From: Octopus bimaculoides
Lineage: Eukaryota
NCBI RefSeq assembly: GCF_001194135.2
Contig: NC_069001.1
Location: 20,409,038 to 20,473,037, forward strand
Direction: 5' to 3'
Length of the DNA: 64,000 nt
Below, one piece after another: positions 1 to 13,117 of this stretch (the first letter of the stretch is position 1; every line of letters begins with the position of its first letter). Below the pieces are notes generated by a model, which ran no database searches, was not told the origin of the DNA, and saw nothing but the letters and a program-made list of their open reading frames with translations. The position numbers and the translations under genes are program-made.

Positions 1-1620
1 AAAGTTGGTGCCCCTATAATGCTCATTTGAAATTTGGTTCCACTGAAACAATGCAATGGGACACGTTTGATCATTAAGTCCTTATCTCCCAATCTAATCG
101 AGGCCACAATAATCACAGGGTGCGGTCAAGGCATTTTTTCCCATCAGGAGCAGACCTACCTCTCACATTTCGAAGGTCCCAGTTCCCAGTCAGGCCATGC
201 TTCGCAATGTCAATTAACAAAGCACAGGGGCAAATACATTTGGGGGAGCCGTGTTTCTCTCATGGTCAGCTTTAGATTGGCTGCTTGCGTGTGGGCAGCA
301 AGAGTGATACTTTCGCGTTCGTTCCACAAGGAAAAACAAAAGACATTGTGTACAGGGAGGTTTTATAGGATTACTTCACTTCCTAATTTTATAACGTTTT
401 CAAATTTAAAAAAAATTTTTGCCTTTTCGTCAGTAATTTCTAAGTAGGTGTAGGTTAATATTCATTGCAGTGCACTTAACACTCCCAACCATCAGCTGTA
501 AAAAGACTGATTCTTGCGGCGTTACAAAGCTTCATTACAAATCAGACCCTGCTCAAAAATCAGCTGTTCTTCCTCACCAACCCCCATTCGGCGGGCATCG
601 GAAGACCTTGGACGCATTACTATTTCACTTCCGTACGACTCTCAATGGGTCAACAATGCTTTTATGACATTTAAATTTTTAGGCGGTTCCCTACAATTAC
701 TTCACACTGCACCAATGCCTGGCCTCCACTCAGCTCTATTTCCCTCCCTTCGTCAGCACAGCAGCCTCATCTTCTACATCCGACGTACATGAAACATCTC
801 TCCCCTTCCATCTCCGCTCTCAACATTACAGTTTACATCAGCGGCAACAGGATCGCAACATACAATTTGAAAACCAAGCAACATATTCTATGCAACAACA
901 AATGGAATCATAACGACAAACAATGAAACAAATGGATAAAAATAATTACATGAAGTAACTATCTCTTACACGCCATTACAATTTACATCAAATAACAAAA
1001 CTTCAAAAGTCGATAAAACTAAATACATACATCCTCTCTCTCACCATTATATTTTACACCATTATATTTTACATCAAATACAAAATATTCAAAAGTAACA
1101 GGTCATTTTACACATCTCCATGACAGAGGTGTTGTGATTCATCTATTCAGCACCACTACACTCTTGCCTGTCAGACATATGGTGAGTAGATGCTATTGTT
1201 GTATATTTTCAAACTTACCCGTATTTACTTACCCATGATTAATCTCCCTCTTTCCTCCATAGGGCATCTATTCTGTATTCACAGAGCATGAAGTTTTGTA
1301 ATAGTATGTCCGCTGCCATTGGTGGAAAAGGAAGATGCTGTATTCGCCTGCAAACATTTTACACACCCTTCCAGGACTACTTACCAAATTGTTACAACTG
1401 TGAAAACGATAACACAGCCTTTTCAGGGCCACCTCACATTCTGTTGTTACCCCTTCGTAGAGTGTTGCAATGCTCTTTGCAGGGCTTTCTATCCAGTTGC
1501 AAATCGATTGGTTGGGCGTTAACTTCTGTCAATCTTTGCCTTAATAATCATAATTGAGTAGAATCATTAAGAGTACTTTAACGCAATTCAGCCCTGAGCA
1601 ACGCCGGGCACTTCTGCTAG
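1..1620 (+). mobile_element. Helitron 3' portion: degenerate PIF1-type helicase C-terminus and 3' terminus
   Basis: Bases 1-368 read KVGAPIML..CNGTRLIIK..QFPVRPCFAMSINKAQGQ..CFSHGQL..VYREVL* across stops and a frameshift. The 3' end has a hairpin-like gccctgagcaacgccgggc (1591-1609) followed by CTAG (1617-1620) and then T. Confidence 0.85.
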
Positions 1621-1627
1621 TATATGA

Positions 1628-1790
1628 TAAGCTTCTTTCAGTTTCTGTCTACCAAATCTACTCACAAGGCTTTGATCAGCCCAAGGCGATAGTAGAGGAC
1701 ATTTGCCCAAGATGTCACACAGTTGGACAGAACCCAAAACCATGTGGTTGAGAAGCAAGCTTCTTACCACACAGCTGCACCTGTGCCTAC
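1628..1790 (-). mobile_element. tRNA-headed SINE family A, partial
   Basis: Matches the 21373-21788 copy (tttcagtttc.gtcta.caaatc.actcacaaggctttg...cttaccacacagc). Confidence 0.85.
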
Positions 1791-2329
1791 TGAAAGGGTT
1801 TTGTCAAACAAATCGACTCCAGGACTTATTTTTTTAAAGCTTGGTACTTATTCTATTGGTCTCTTTTGCTGAACCACTAAATTATGGGGTTTGTTGAACT
1901 CATTCTGTACCTGTAGCTCATAGGTATGATGCTGTGCAATCAATTGTCTTGCATCACAGGTGCTGGATGCACCTCCTCAGGTGACTTTTTAAACAAGTAC
2001 CTTGCTATTTCTCCTCTGTTTCTTCTGAGAACTGTTAGAATGCAGCAACTATCCAGCTATACATTGTTATAAGGCTAAGTAAAATTTTTTGCGGGAAATT
2101 TTCTTAAAGCGTCCATATTTCAGCACAATTTTTAAACACTATTTTCTAAACATGAATGTACCATTGAAAAATAGAGGAAGGCACTACCATCCATTGCCCT
2201 CTTTTGGCCACCCCATTTTTTCTTAATGCACCATCCTGGATCTTCTTATTGCCCCCTTCCCCAGAGGTGGGGACAGTATCACCCACTTTGGGAACTGCTA
2301 GTGTAGAGTAACAACAGTAAAAAGTTTAT

Positions 2330-3374
2330 TTTTGTGGGCTATCAACAGTTTGTGAAGGTTATGAAAAGATTGCATGTGTATAGAGAATGGGTTAAGGGCT
2401 GTCTACTGTTTAGAATATCAAGATTATGTGGGTTATCTACATTCAATATTTGTTTCTAGGGGTCATCAACTGTGGGGTATGAAAAATTTTAGTGGGATAA
2501 CAACAATTTGTTTGTGTTGAAAATGTGGAGTATCAAAACCTTATTTCAGTGAGTGTCAACAGTTTCACTTTCAACAACTTGTATCTGGTGTAAACAGTTT
2601 GTATGGGATATCAACAGGTTTTTTTTTTTGTGTCAGATACCAACAGTGTGTATGGAGATCCAGAGGCTCTTTGTATGGGATACCAGTGTTTTGAATGGAG
2701 AATTTATAGTGTGTGCTATTTATTAACAGTTTATGTGGATATTAGCAGACTTCTTTTTCTTTAGTATCTGTTGGGTATTTAAAGTTTGCATCTGATACCA
2801 ATGGTTTGTGTAAAGCATAAACAGTTGGCTTAGGCAGAGTATAATCAATTTGGTTGTGTGGGGTGTAAATAATTTTTGTGGTGCGTCAAGAATTTGTTTG
2901 AGGTATTAAGGTTTTTTCTTTTTTTGTGTGGAGTTTCAAGTTTGTGCTAGTTTTCAACAGTTTGAGGCAGTATCAGCAGTTTGCCTGTGTGAGACGTCAG
3001 CAATTTCTTGTATATGTGGATATTTTTTATATCCTTGTTTTGGGTATATAATATGATGAAGCAGTGGGGAGGAAAGTATATACATGACTCACTACTATTA
3101 CTATTATATATATCAAAGGATATATATATATGAAAGGATTACAGTGAAATGCTTACCAACATGAGCTGCCAATTGCTCACAGTTCTTTAATTCATAACAA
3201 TGAGTCATTCCACCTTTAGTCACTTGGGCATGGTCGGAATCCTTCCACAACAATATCAACAGTTTGTGTGAAGCAACAAAAGTTTGTTTTTCTTTGTTGG
3301 CTATCTACAACTTGTGCTCTGTATCAATAGTTTCTTTATGTGATGTATCACTAATGTTCTGTGACACTTAAACT

Positions 3375-3412
<38 letters not shown>

Positions 3413-3460
3413 TGGTGGGGATTATTATAAGTTTTTGTATGGTTTATCAGCGCTTTTTGG
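2330..3460. repeat. Degenerate ~20 bp satellite (consensus about GGTATCAACAGTTTGTGTG), first block
   Basis: Recurrent (t)atcaacagttt(g)tg motifs, e.g. near 2341, 2609, 2954 and 3255, with G/T strand bias. Confidence 0.7.
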
Positions 3461-4369
3461 GTGACTGTTATAACAAAAGAACAGATAATGATTTTATTAA
3501 TGAATGAAAAATATTGCAATAATTCCAAAACAAAATGTAAAATGGTAAACTGTATTTCCAATTGTCTGCAATGTGCATGAATAAGACTGCACTAAAAACA
3601 GGGGCTTCAAAGGTGAAAAAGAATACCTCCATAAAATGAGTGTCACCCTGATTGGATAAAACTACATGATAAACAATGTGGGAGTAGGGAAACATCATAT
3701 GATAGAATCAAGTCACATGATTAGATGAATAAAAGATGACAATTAATAAGCAATGTTTTGTGTCGAGACAACTGGGGTTGTCTCATCTCCCCTTTTATTA
3801 AAAGATGAATAGTTGGTATATAAGTTTTATTTTGAGGGTTTACCTGTGTGCACTTAGCAGGTTTTCTATTTCAATTGCATCTTCTTAAATTTGATGAAGT
3901 GGTTTCTAATTGAGTTTGAATATTTTCAGTTTTTGTATTTCCTGTATCCTGATTCATAAATAGTGGTATTGACTGCTCTCTTTTCCATCTTGATGAAGTT
4001 TTTTTACTGCATAAACAAGTGCCAATGCTTCCTTTTCTATTTATGGATATTTCTTTTCAACTTTTGATAGACTTTTAGAAGCATGCATAACAGGCATATG
4101 TGACTCATCAACCATTTTATGCAAGAGTACTGCACCTATTCCATAATCTGACAGATCTGCAGGAATGATAAGTTCTTTACTGGGATCAAAATGAATCAGT
4201 ATCAGATCAGAATTTCTCAAATGATTGTTGACATTGTGGAGATCAGTCCTGTTATGAACTATAATATTTTACTATTAATTCTTTTATACAATAGTAAATA
4301 GCAGATAAAAATATAAAAATCTTACTTTGAATTGAGTACAAATGCATGGCACAGTATTGAATGATGTTG

Positions 4370-5480
4370 ATAGATGGATGCTGTCTTTACTGAATAGAAA
4401 ACAATGTGTCTTGTCAGGCAGCCGTGATCAATGAATTAGACAGCAACAGAACAAAGTTTGAATAAAAGCCTTCTTTTGAATTGGTTTACAACAATTTTAT
4501 TCAAACTTTGTCTACATGAATGCTTAAGTGTTCGTGAGGACTCTTCTAGACAAACCAACTGAGGAAGATTACACTTACTAGAAATAAATGCTACACATCT
4601 ACATAACAAAAGCAAAAGTTCCAGATGAATCCAAACTGAAGATACTCTTAGTCCTCTGTGGAACAAAGGCCTACTCCATTGTCGAAGAATCCAAAGCTTT
4701 TGATGCAGCAACAGAATGCCTGAACTCCAAGTTTATAAAGAAAATTTCAGCCATAATGATGTATCATAAGCTATGAACTCACAAACAAAAGGAAAACGAG
4801 TCTATAAACGAATTTAGGTCAAGCCTTCAGACCGTGGCTCAAGAAATGTAAAATCCAAGCTCTAACTGCAGACCACAACCAAGAAATTCTAATCGGTGAT
4901 GCCTTTGTGGCTGGGCTTCAATCACCATTAATCAGACAAAGCCTTAAGTCATCAGATGACAACCTAGAAATGCTCTAAGGACACTTGCAACCTGTCACAA
5001 GACTCAACTGGTGATGGTCAACCAACTGTTTTTACAAAATCAGCACGTTTTTGGTGCAGTGGAGACACACACAAAAAAAAAAAAATTCAATGCCTGGCAA
5101 AAAACTCCACCTGCAGAAAGTACCAGAAAAAAGGTCACTGGGAGACGGTTTGCCTCTAAAAAAAGCCACCAAGAAACAAACAAAAATCCCCTAAAACAGC
5201 AGCTATCATGGAGCCCAAAAGTGACTCTGAGAGAAGCAGTGATGGAACTTCATCATCCATCATTTTAGCAGTCACAAACGTTGCAGGACGACTGGTACTC
5301 ATTAGGATTAGAAGCAACACTGCACAAGCCCTTCTCGACATGGGTTCTGACAGGACATTTATTGAAGCAAATCAATTAGTGATAATGAGGCTTAAGGTAC
5401 TGGATGCTTCGACTTGAAAACAGGTTTGGCATTGAAATACAAAGATGCAATAAAATTTGCACATAATCCTAATCCAAATT
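4370..5480 (+). mobile_element. Gypsy-like gag-protease fragment B nested in element A
   Basis: Gag-like KLKILLVLCG..KQKENESINEF..DAFVAGLQS, followed by a protease-like ALLDMGSDRTFI (ORF 5208-5417). Confidence 0.65.
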
Positions 5481-5524
5481 CGAAAATTGATTTAGATTCT
5501 TGCTGAAAATTTTTGATATGGTTA

Positions 5525-6900
5525 GTGTAGGGGTGGGGCAAAATAAGTAACCAGGGTAAAATGAGTAATCTCTGATTTTTTATTTTCTCCCCGCCTGTTT
5601 GAAATCATTACGTTGCAAGTATTGCATCATCATTTTGTATTGCTACATTATATTTAGGAGTTAAAATTGGTTAGCGTAGTTGTTGTTGTTGTTGAAGCTG
5701 AGAGTCTGAAACAGAGTCAGGTGACAAGTACATTTTTTTAAAGAAAGTTTTTTTCAAATTAGGTGCGATTGTAAATGAGGTTGCTAATAAAATATCTGGA
5801 TAATTTTTGGTGTTTAACAATCAATATTCTTTTCTCTGTTGGATTTCAAGTCAATTTTTTACCACACTAATATCTAATTTGATCATTTTCAAGTTTCAAA
5901 AAATTATGTCTAAAATGGAGTAAAATGAATAATGACTCATTCAGTAATTTCTTCTCATGGTATGTAAAAGAAGACACTCCAGCAGATCGTGAAGAAGCTA
6001 TCTATATAATAATTCTGCTTGTTCCTCTGTTACCTAGCCTATCCATAATGCTTCCATGTGATTAGTTGATTAGTTGAAGGTGGAGAGGGGGAGGCAAGGA
6101 AGAGGCGGGGGTGACTGGAATGCATAATTTTTGTTTGAACCAAGTTTTTTTCTTCATTGCTTAGCCCATCTGTAATGCTTTCACATGATTAGTTGAAGGG
6201 AAAGGCAAAGAGCAAAAGAAAAAGGAGAGAGAAAAAGAGGGTAACGCTATGAGGGACAGTGCTGTGTATTAAGTCTAAAGTGTATATATAAAGCACATTA
6301 AGTAATCATCGTATTCCAATTTCCTTCACTTTCCAATGATTAGCAGATGAGTGACTATCTTTTGACACAGGCACAACAGGCTATGCTTTCAGGTCTTTTG
6401 AATGACGTTTTCAGAACTAATCAATAAGTTTACCATTAATTCCGTGAAATATTCACAGGTCCTGCTAGTAGAGAATATTTTATGTTGAGTTTTTTTTTTA
6501 TTTAGTCAAGCTTTGTTAATTTCATATCACATACCATTTTCCCCTGATCCTCTTTCATTTGACGTAGATATTAAAAGTTTTTTTGCATTTCTGATCTTTA
6601 TGATGTCTAGTGATGGATATTGATGTTCATGAGTCTATCTTCTGAAGCAGAAAATTTACCTTATCTTGGTTTATACTCATTTTGCCCCAGCCAAATTTGT
6701 CTTTTATATGCTCAAAGAGAACGGTGATAATTTTCTGAAATAGCAATCAGATCATGTCAATGTTTTTAATGCATTTGGGGAAGGCCATCTGCTTAGCTGA
6801 TATAGTTTTTGTAAGGTAGTGAATATTTAAAAAACTAAAAAATTTTATTTCAAAGTGAAAAATGCAGTAAAAACTTCTCATTGTGCCTCAACCCCTACAT
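5525..6900. mobile_element. Non-autonomous Tc1/mariner-superfamily (pogo-like) DNA element
   Basis: Imperfect TIRs gtgtaggggtggggcaaaataag and ctcattgtgcctcaacccctacat, with TA on both flanks (5523-5524, 6901-6902). No intact ORF. Confidence 0.65.
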
Positions 6901-8614
6901 TATATATTCAACATCAACAGTGCCATCCAATTTAAAAGGAAATGTGTTACTTTACTTAGAAATATATTCCATAACCCAATTTCTCAATCCAGTCTATTTG
7001 GAGGATATCCAAGTAAGGATTCTCAGTATTGTAGCAAAATCCTGAATGAATGGAAATTGAATGTTTGAGTGGATAAAAACATATTTTACCATTGATAACC
7101 AATGGCTGGCTGGAAGCATTCTTGGCTTTTTATTCAGTGGATGAAATGGCTGGTCTACCGATTTTGTGCCATGTTTCTTCAGAAATGATGGTTCTATCAG
7201 ATGCAGTGTCAAGTTGTAAGCATATATCACATCCATCGATCTGTACAGTAATATACTTCCTTTTCTGAAGTTATTTCTCTTTTAAATGTGGCATAGACTC
7301 CATTTAAAATAATACTTTCTGTGACTGAATCAGATTCAATGACTTTTACAGTGTTACTGGAATAACCAGGGTGGTAGCATTAAACATTTTTATGTCCATA
7401 ATTGTGACATTTGAGACATTTTTTATTCCTGTAAGGACAATAATTTGCATAGTGCCACTTACCACAGCTCCAGCATGCTGTTGGAGAGTATCACTCAGTT
7501 ATCATATATGCATATAACAGTTTAGAATTCTGCAAACTCCATCTTTGTTTCTTTGCTGTAACTGCATAAGCGGTTGAAACTATTTCATTTCCTGCAGAAT
7601 TTTGTATCATTTGAGTATCATGCTTAATATTAACTAGTTGTTGACATTCCCTTGTCAAGGTAAGGTAAAGTCATATGATGTATCCAATTTGGCTTGGACA
7701 TGAGATCTTATATCGTCATAGATTGGTGATGTCAGGTCAGATACAAAAATTAGATTTTTAAATTGGTCATCAGTCATTGTCTGTCTTTTAAATTTTTCAC
7801 ATTCTTTGTTTATATGCCCAGCACATGCAATAAAATCTTATTGAGTATTTTTGTAATTTCAAACATTTAAATCTGATGTTAAACAATGAAGATGTTCGGA
7901 TAATACAAAGTTAAAGCACTTGTATTCGATATTGCTTAATTTTCACAATAGTAGTCTTACATTACTTGAATTATTTAGTTCCAATGTTTCTGTGACAAAA
8001 ATATCTTGATAACGGTTATACCAGAATGCAAAAGTTCATCATAATCAAAGACAGAAGCTTGTCAAAAACTTTTAAAGTGATGCTACTTTAATTGTTAATT
8101 GATGTAGTTGGATTTGACTGCATGAACGTGAAAGCTAAAGCTGTTAAAATATCCAGTTGCTGCTTGTCATGTTGCTTTTGCATTTCTAAGTACTCTTGTT
8201 GCATGTGCAACAAGTTAATGAGAGCTGTAGTACTTACCATTTTTCACTCAGTGTGAAATAATGTTATAACGTAGGAACAAATAATGATATTGTGCTCAGA
8301 TATTGATTTTATTAATGAACAAAAAATATTGCAATAATTCCAAAGCAAAATGTAAAATGGTAAACTGCAATTTCAATTGTTCATGATGTAAATGAATAAG
8401 CCTGTACTAAGGACAAGAGCCTTCACAGTGAAAAACGTTACCTGATGGATCCAATAAAGTGTCACTCGATTGGATGAATAGGCATAAGCTACATGGTGTA
8501 TGATGTGGGAGATGGAAAACATCATGTGATAGAATCATGTTACATGATTGGATAAATAAAAAATAACAATTAATAAAAATGTTTTCTATCAAGACAACTG
8601 GGGTTTCTCAGTAA

Positions 8615-9110
8615 CAACACAGTTTTCTACAGGGTTTTAACAGAACATTTGTGTGGGGCAACAATCTGTGGTTTTATCAAAATTTTGTTTTGTACGAACA
8701 ATTTATGGTGGGATGTCAAGAGATTTTGTAAGTGTGGACACTTTGTTTGATGTTCCTCCAGTTTGTTTGGGGTATCAGGGTAGTGATTGGTATTAAACTT
8801 TTGTGTGGATATCAACAGTTTATATTGGAAATAAAAATTTTTGTGTGGCGTGTGAGCAGTTTCTGTGGCTTATTATCACCTTATTTCAGTGAGTATCAAA
8901 ATGTATGTTTTTGTTGGGTAAAAAGTTCCTTTTCTGTTGGGTATTACTACTTTTGTTTCTGGGGAATGTTGATAGTTTTGTCAGGTATTATTGACACTAT
9001 GCTTTTGTAGGGTAGCAACGGTGTGAGGTATCAATTGTTTGAGTGGGGTGCAGTTTCAACAGTCTTTTTTTCTTGGTGGGGTGTTAATTGCTTTTTATGT
9101 GGAAGACTTG
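8615..9110. repeat. Degenerate ATCAACAGTTT satellite, block resuming after Gypsy A
   Basis: Same motif, e.g. ggatatcaacagtttata near 8808. Confidence 0.65.
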
Positions 9111-9124
9111 TAAAAGGTCGCCAA

Positions 9125-11260
9125 TGTGGAAAGTCTGCAGTTTGAAAAATGCACAGTATAAAAGGTCTCCAGTGCAAAATGAATGTCAGAAGGCAGGTTT
9201 GTAAAGAAAACATTGTAACTTGAATTGGATTGTAATGAGAGCTGACAAGTGATGAGCTAAGCGGGTGTATATATGTAGGAGCCAAAGGAAAACCATAAAA
9301 CTTACTATTGCACAAATGGGTTTTGAAGCTTGTGGTACTAAAGTAAGAAATACAAACAGGCAGGTTCCATCTTAGAGAAACAATATGATCCATTTCGAAT
9401 CCATCTGCTAATTGTCAAGAAAATGCACACCAACTAAGAGGGCGGATAACTGCTCTGTGGTATTCCTATGTGCCCAGCTCAACTGGTTGAAGTTGCCACG
9501 GTTGAAGTTGCCAGTACCTCCTGTTCAGATTACAAGTCGATACAACTGTAATACAATAAGAAAAGAAAGGTAGAAAAATGCAAAACCAAATGTCCAAACC
9601 ATGGAAAAACAACACAAATGCATCAAGAAAAAAGAAACAATATAACAAATGTAAGAAGAAGCAAGTACAAAAATGTGAAAATAGCAGGCATTCAGGGGCA
9701 GTTCTTATATACAGTTTTGCAAAAACTCCTCAGCCAATGGACATGACATGTGTGGAGTGGTGTGTGTAAGAGGTCTGTAGTGCAATAACCAGCCCAATAC
9801 CAGGGCTCGCACTACAGAGTAGGCAGAAATAACAGTTAGAGGCATGGTGCCAGGCCAACAAGTGAAATAATCAAGACAAGTGAGAATGTAAATGTATCTG
9901 TGACTGACTGGCCAAGGTCCAACAAGATCAAAGTGGATGTGACAGAAATGTGTGTCTGGTGTGCTGGAGATGATGAGGAGGGCACAAATGAGTATATGCA
10001 CCGTCAACATTAGGCAAGAGAGGTGACAGGTTAAGCAGGGCTTCAAAAACAGCTTATCTATGGGTCAGTAGGATGAGAAGACGAGGTGAATCTGTTGAGA
10101 TGTCATGTCACACAAGATCTGCAGAGGTTGGCACAGGCAAGTATCTGAATTTGCACGTCACAAATTCAGGCAAAGATATCTTGAGTGAGTCCATAGGAGG
10201 TAAGAGGTTTGCAAGTGTTGCTGATGAAATGACTGTAAAACAGCACTAATTGCAGTGTCTGATGCATTAACTACAATCAAAGGCTTTGCATTGGAGACAT
10301 GGTGTGCAAGGAAGAATGCTGTAGAGAGAGTGTTTCTCAGTGACAAAAGTTTGGTTTGTGTAGGAGTCAACGAAATGGTTTAATTCTTCATACGGCGGTT
10401 CTGGAAAAGCTCAGGAAGTGGAGACAGAAGTCCAGTGCAGTGAATCAACAATAGAAATTAAAACGATGTGACCAATGGCAGCAATCGAGAAAAAATAAAA
10501 TCTGAATCAAGGCAATACATGTGTGTTGGGCACCACTGCGCATGTGTAAGGCACCACAAAGCTATGCATGAACAAAAAGGTCAGCAAGAACAGCAGCCAT
10601 ATTGAAAAATGAAATGCATCCATGTGATTTAAACAGAAAAAAATGAAGATATCATGTGAAGAACGCCACTAGTAATTTTTTCTTTGAAAAATACAAAAGA
10701 CGGCTTTGACATATTAGCTTTGTGCAATTTCACAGTTTATGTTTACTCAGCATTGTTTGATATGTTTTTTTAAATATGCGTGTGAAGGATGTCATGAGTT
10801 CAAATTGTTTTTTTCATTATTTTTTTTTGGTGGGGATGGGGGAATATTTCTGAAAGAACTATTTCGATGTCAGGTCGGCACCAATGCAGGAAATTACCTG
10901 TGTGGAAAGTCTGCTGTGTGAAAAATGCACAGTGTAAAATGAATGTCAGAAGGCATGTTTGTAAACAAAACATTGCAACTTCATTTGGATCGTAATGAGA
11001 GCTGACAAGTGATGAGCAAAGCAGGTGTATATATGTAGGAGCCAGAGGAAAGCAATAAAACTTACTATTGCACAAATGGTTTAGAAGCTTGCAGTGCTAA
11101 GGTGGTAAGAAATACAAACAAGCAGGTTCCACCTTAGAGAAACGACGTGATCCATGTAGAATCCATCTGCTGACTCCCAAGAATATGGGCACCAATCAAG
11201 AGGGCAGATAAATGCTCTTTGGTATCCCTATGCTCCCAGCTCAATTGGTTGAAGTTGCCA
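9125..11260 (-). mobile_element. Gypsy LTR element C, heavily deleted
   Basis: Direct repeats of about 370 bp at roughly 9125-9513 and 10901-11260. Minus-strand integrase-like HIHFDLVGPWP..ILTCLDYFTCWP (9705-10046) and RNase-H-like VVNASDTAISAVLQ (10158-10370). No TSD found. Confidence 0.75.
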
Positions 11261-12199
11261 TAGCATGACTGTGCTATTCCACAACAACAAAGTAGGGCTT
11301 TCCTGACTCACTACAGACTAAACATTTGTGTGGAATATCAATAGTTTATGTAGTGTACAAACAGTTTCTGTAGCTATCAATGTATTTGTGAGGTATCAAC
11401 AGTTGTCTGTATTGGCTATCAACTGTCAGTGTTGGGTATCAACAGTTCATTTGTGAGTAGTAGCAATAATTTGATTCTGTGTTAACAGATTGTGTGGTTG
11501 GTCAATAGTTTGTTTGTCAGGTATAAATAGCCTTTGTGGGTTATGGAAAGTTTGATTGTGAGGTGTATCCTCACTCTGTGAGGGTATCAACAGTATGTTT
11601 TTTGAAGTATCAAAATTTTTGAGTGAGCTAATAGCAGACTGAGTGGAAGACGTGTGGGAAATATCAGCTGAACTTTTTTTATGTGTTGTGTCAACATTGT
11701 TTGTGAGGTATTAGCAAGATTATGTGGGATATTGCAAGTTTGTTTGTGTGGGGTATGAAGAATCTGTGGGGTATGAAGAACCTGTGGGGTATCAGAAGTT
11801 TGTTTGAGTGGATAAGGTATTAACAGTATACTTGTTTTGTGTATCAGCAGTTTGTGTGGGACATCAGTGGTTTGTTTTTGNNNNNNNNNNNNNNNNNNNN
11901 NNNNNNNNNNNNNNNNNNNNNNNNNNNNNNNNNNNNNNNNNNNNNNNNNNNNNNNNNNNNNNNNNNNNNNNNNNNNNNNNAGTTTGTTTTGTGTATCAGT
12001 AGTTTGTGTGGGACATCAGTGGTTTGTTTTGTGTAGGGTATTGAGTGATGTGGCACAGTATTGAATATGTGAAAGAATGACCTCTTTTAGTTGTAGAGTA
12101 TTAGCTTTTTGTATTGGTTATCAACAGCTTGTCTGTGTGACATATCAGCTGTATGTATGTGACATCAACAGTTTCTGATTTCCGTATTTTGTTTGTGTA

Positions 12200-12410
12200 G
12201 TGGTGAGCTGGCAAAATTGTTAGCACACCGGCCAAAATGCTTTGTGGCATTTCGTCTCTCTTTATGTTCTGAGTTTAAGTTCTGTTACGGTTGACTTGGC
12301 CATTCATTCTTTTGGGGTCGATAAAATAAGTATCAGTTGAGTACTAGAGATGATGTAATCGACTTTACTCCCTCCTTTGAAATTGGTAACTGTGTGCCAA
12401 AATTTAAAAC
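12200..12410 (+). mobile_element. SINE family B (central ggggtcgataaaataagta.cagttg domain)
   Basis: Aligns to copies at 21100, 23221 and 59741. The core resembles the Nin-type SINE domain (from recall, not searched). Confidence 0.75.
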
Positions 12411-12788
12411 AAATATCTTTACTTGTGTAGGGTATCAACAGTTTTTTTTTTTTGTTTTTTTTGGTATCAAGAGTTTGAGTGGACTATTAACAGTGTGTTT
12501 GCATAGAGTATCTAAACTTTGTTCATATGGAATATCAAAAGTTTGTTTTGTTTTTGTTGTTTGTCAACAGTTTGTGTAGCCTGTTAACATGTGTGTGATA
12601 TTGATAGTTTGTGTGGGCTATGAACAATTTACGTTTGGTTTGGAAAGTTTCTGTGTATTTTCAGAAATGTATGTGTGTGTGATATCAAGAGTAAGTATGA
12701 GAGCAGTCTATGGGGTATCATCAGTTTGTGTGAATTGTCAAAATTTTGTTCGTGTGTTGTATTAAGAGTTTGCACAAGATGTTTAGAG

Positions 12789-13060
12789 CAGTGGCTCTCA
12801 ACCATTTTTTTCCTGTGAGTTTCTTTGATTCCTACTTTACTCTACTGGACCCCACAATCATTTAAAGTTCAAAACAAAATTCCATTATATTTGTATAATT
12901 AAAGATTATTAGGAATTGTATAAAAAAATTGTTAAAATATTTTGTGTATTGTAGAAGCATAAACAATTTGGTGCTATTTTGGCAAGTGATCTACAAGGGA
13001 AATTAGTTTAGGTTACTTTTTAAATTATTTTGTACATACTTAGTATTGTAAATGTATTTT
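12789..13060. mobile_element. hAT (Charlie-like) MITE, truncated
   Basis: Starts cagtggctctcaacc after gtttagag. The interior gattcctactttactctactggacccc is the reverse complement of the 21988-22224 copy. Confidence 0.6.
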
Positions 13061-13117
13061 TCAAAATTCTTACTATTTTGAAAATAAGAAAACCATATAA
13101 TAATTGAAATAATTACC

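Larger units (their letters stand above)
3466..8610 (-). mobile_element. Gypsy LTR retrotransposon A, decayed and internally deleted
   Basis: Direct repeats at 3466-3785 and 8262-8610 with TG..CA ends. PPT AAAAGGGGAGA on the minus strand at 3786-3796. 5-bp TSD GTGAC (3461-3465) / GTAAC (8611-8615). Minus-strand gag with a zinc knuckle (CWSCGKWHYANYC), protease QLDTASDRTIISEETW near 7170-7230, and RNase H ADLSDYGIGAVLLH..EKEALA at about 4000-4230. Confidence 0.88.

Noticed and set aside
481-800. GC-richer segment inside the Helitron with short ORFs (470-667, 514-792)
   Set aside because: I checked several frames on both strands by eye and found no recognisable domain, so it is left unassigned.
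1900-2310. Possible hAT remnant (end ccccactttgggaactgctag)
   Set aside because: Only one TIR-like end and a very weak peptide resemblance, which is insufficient for a call.
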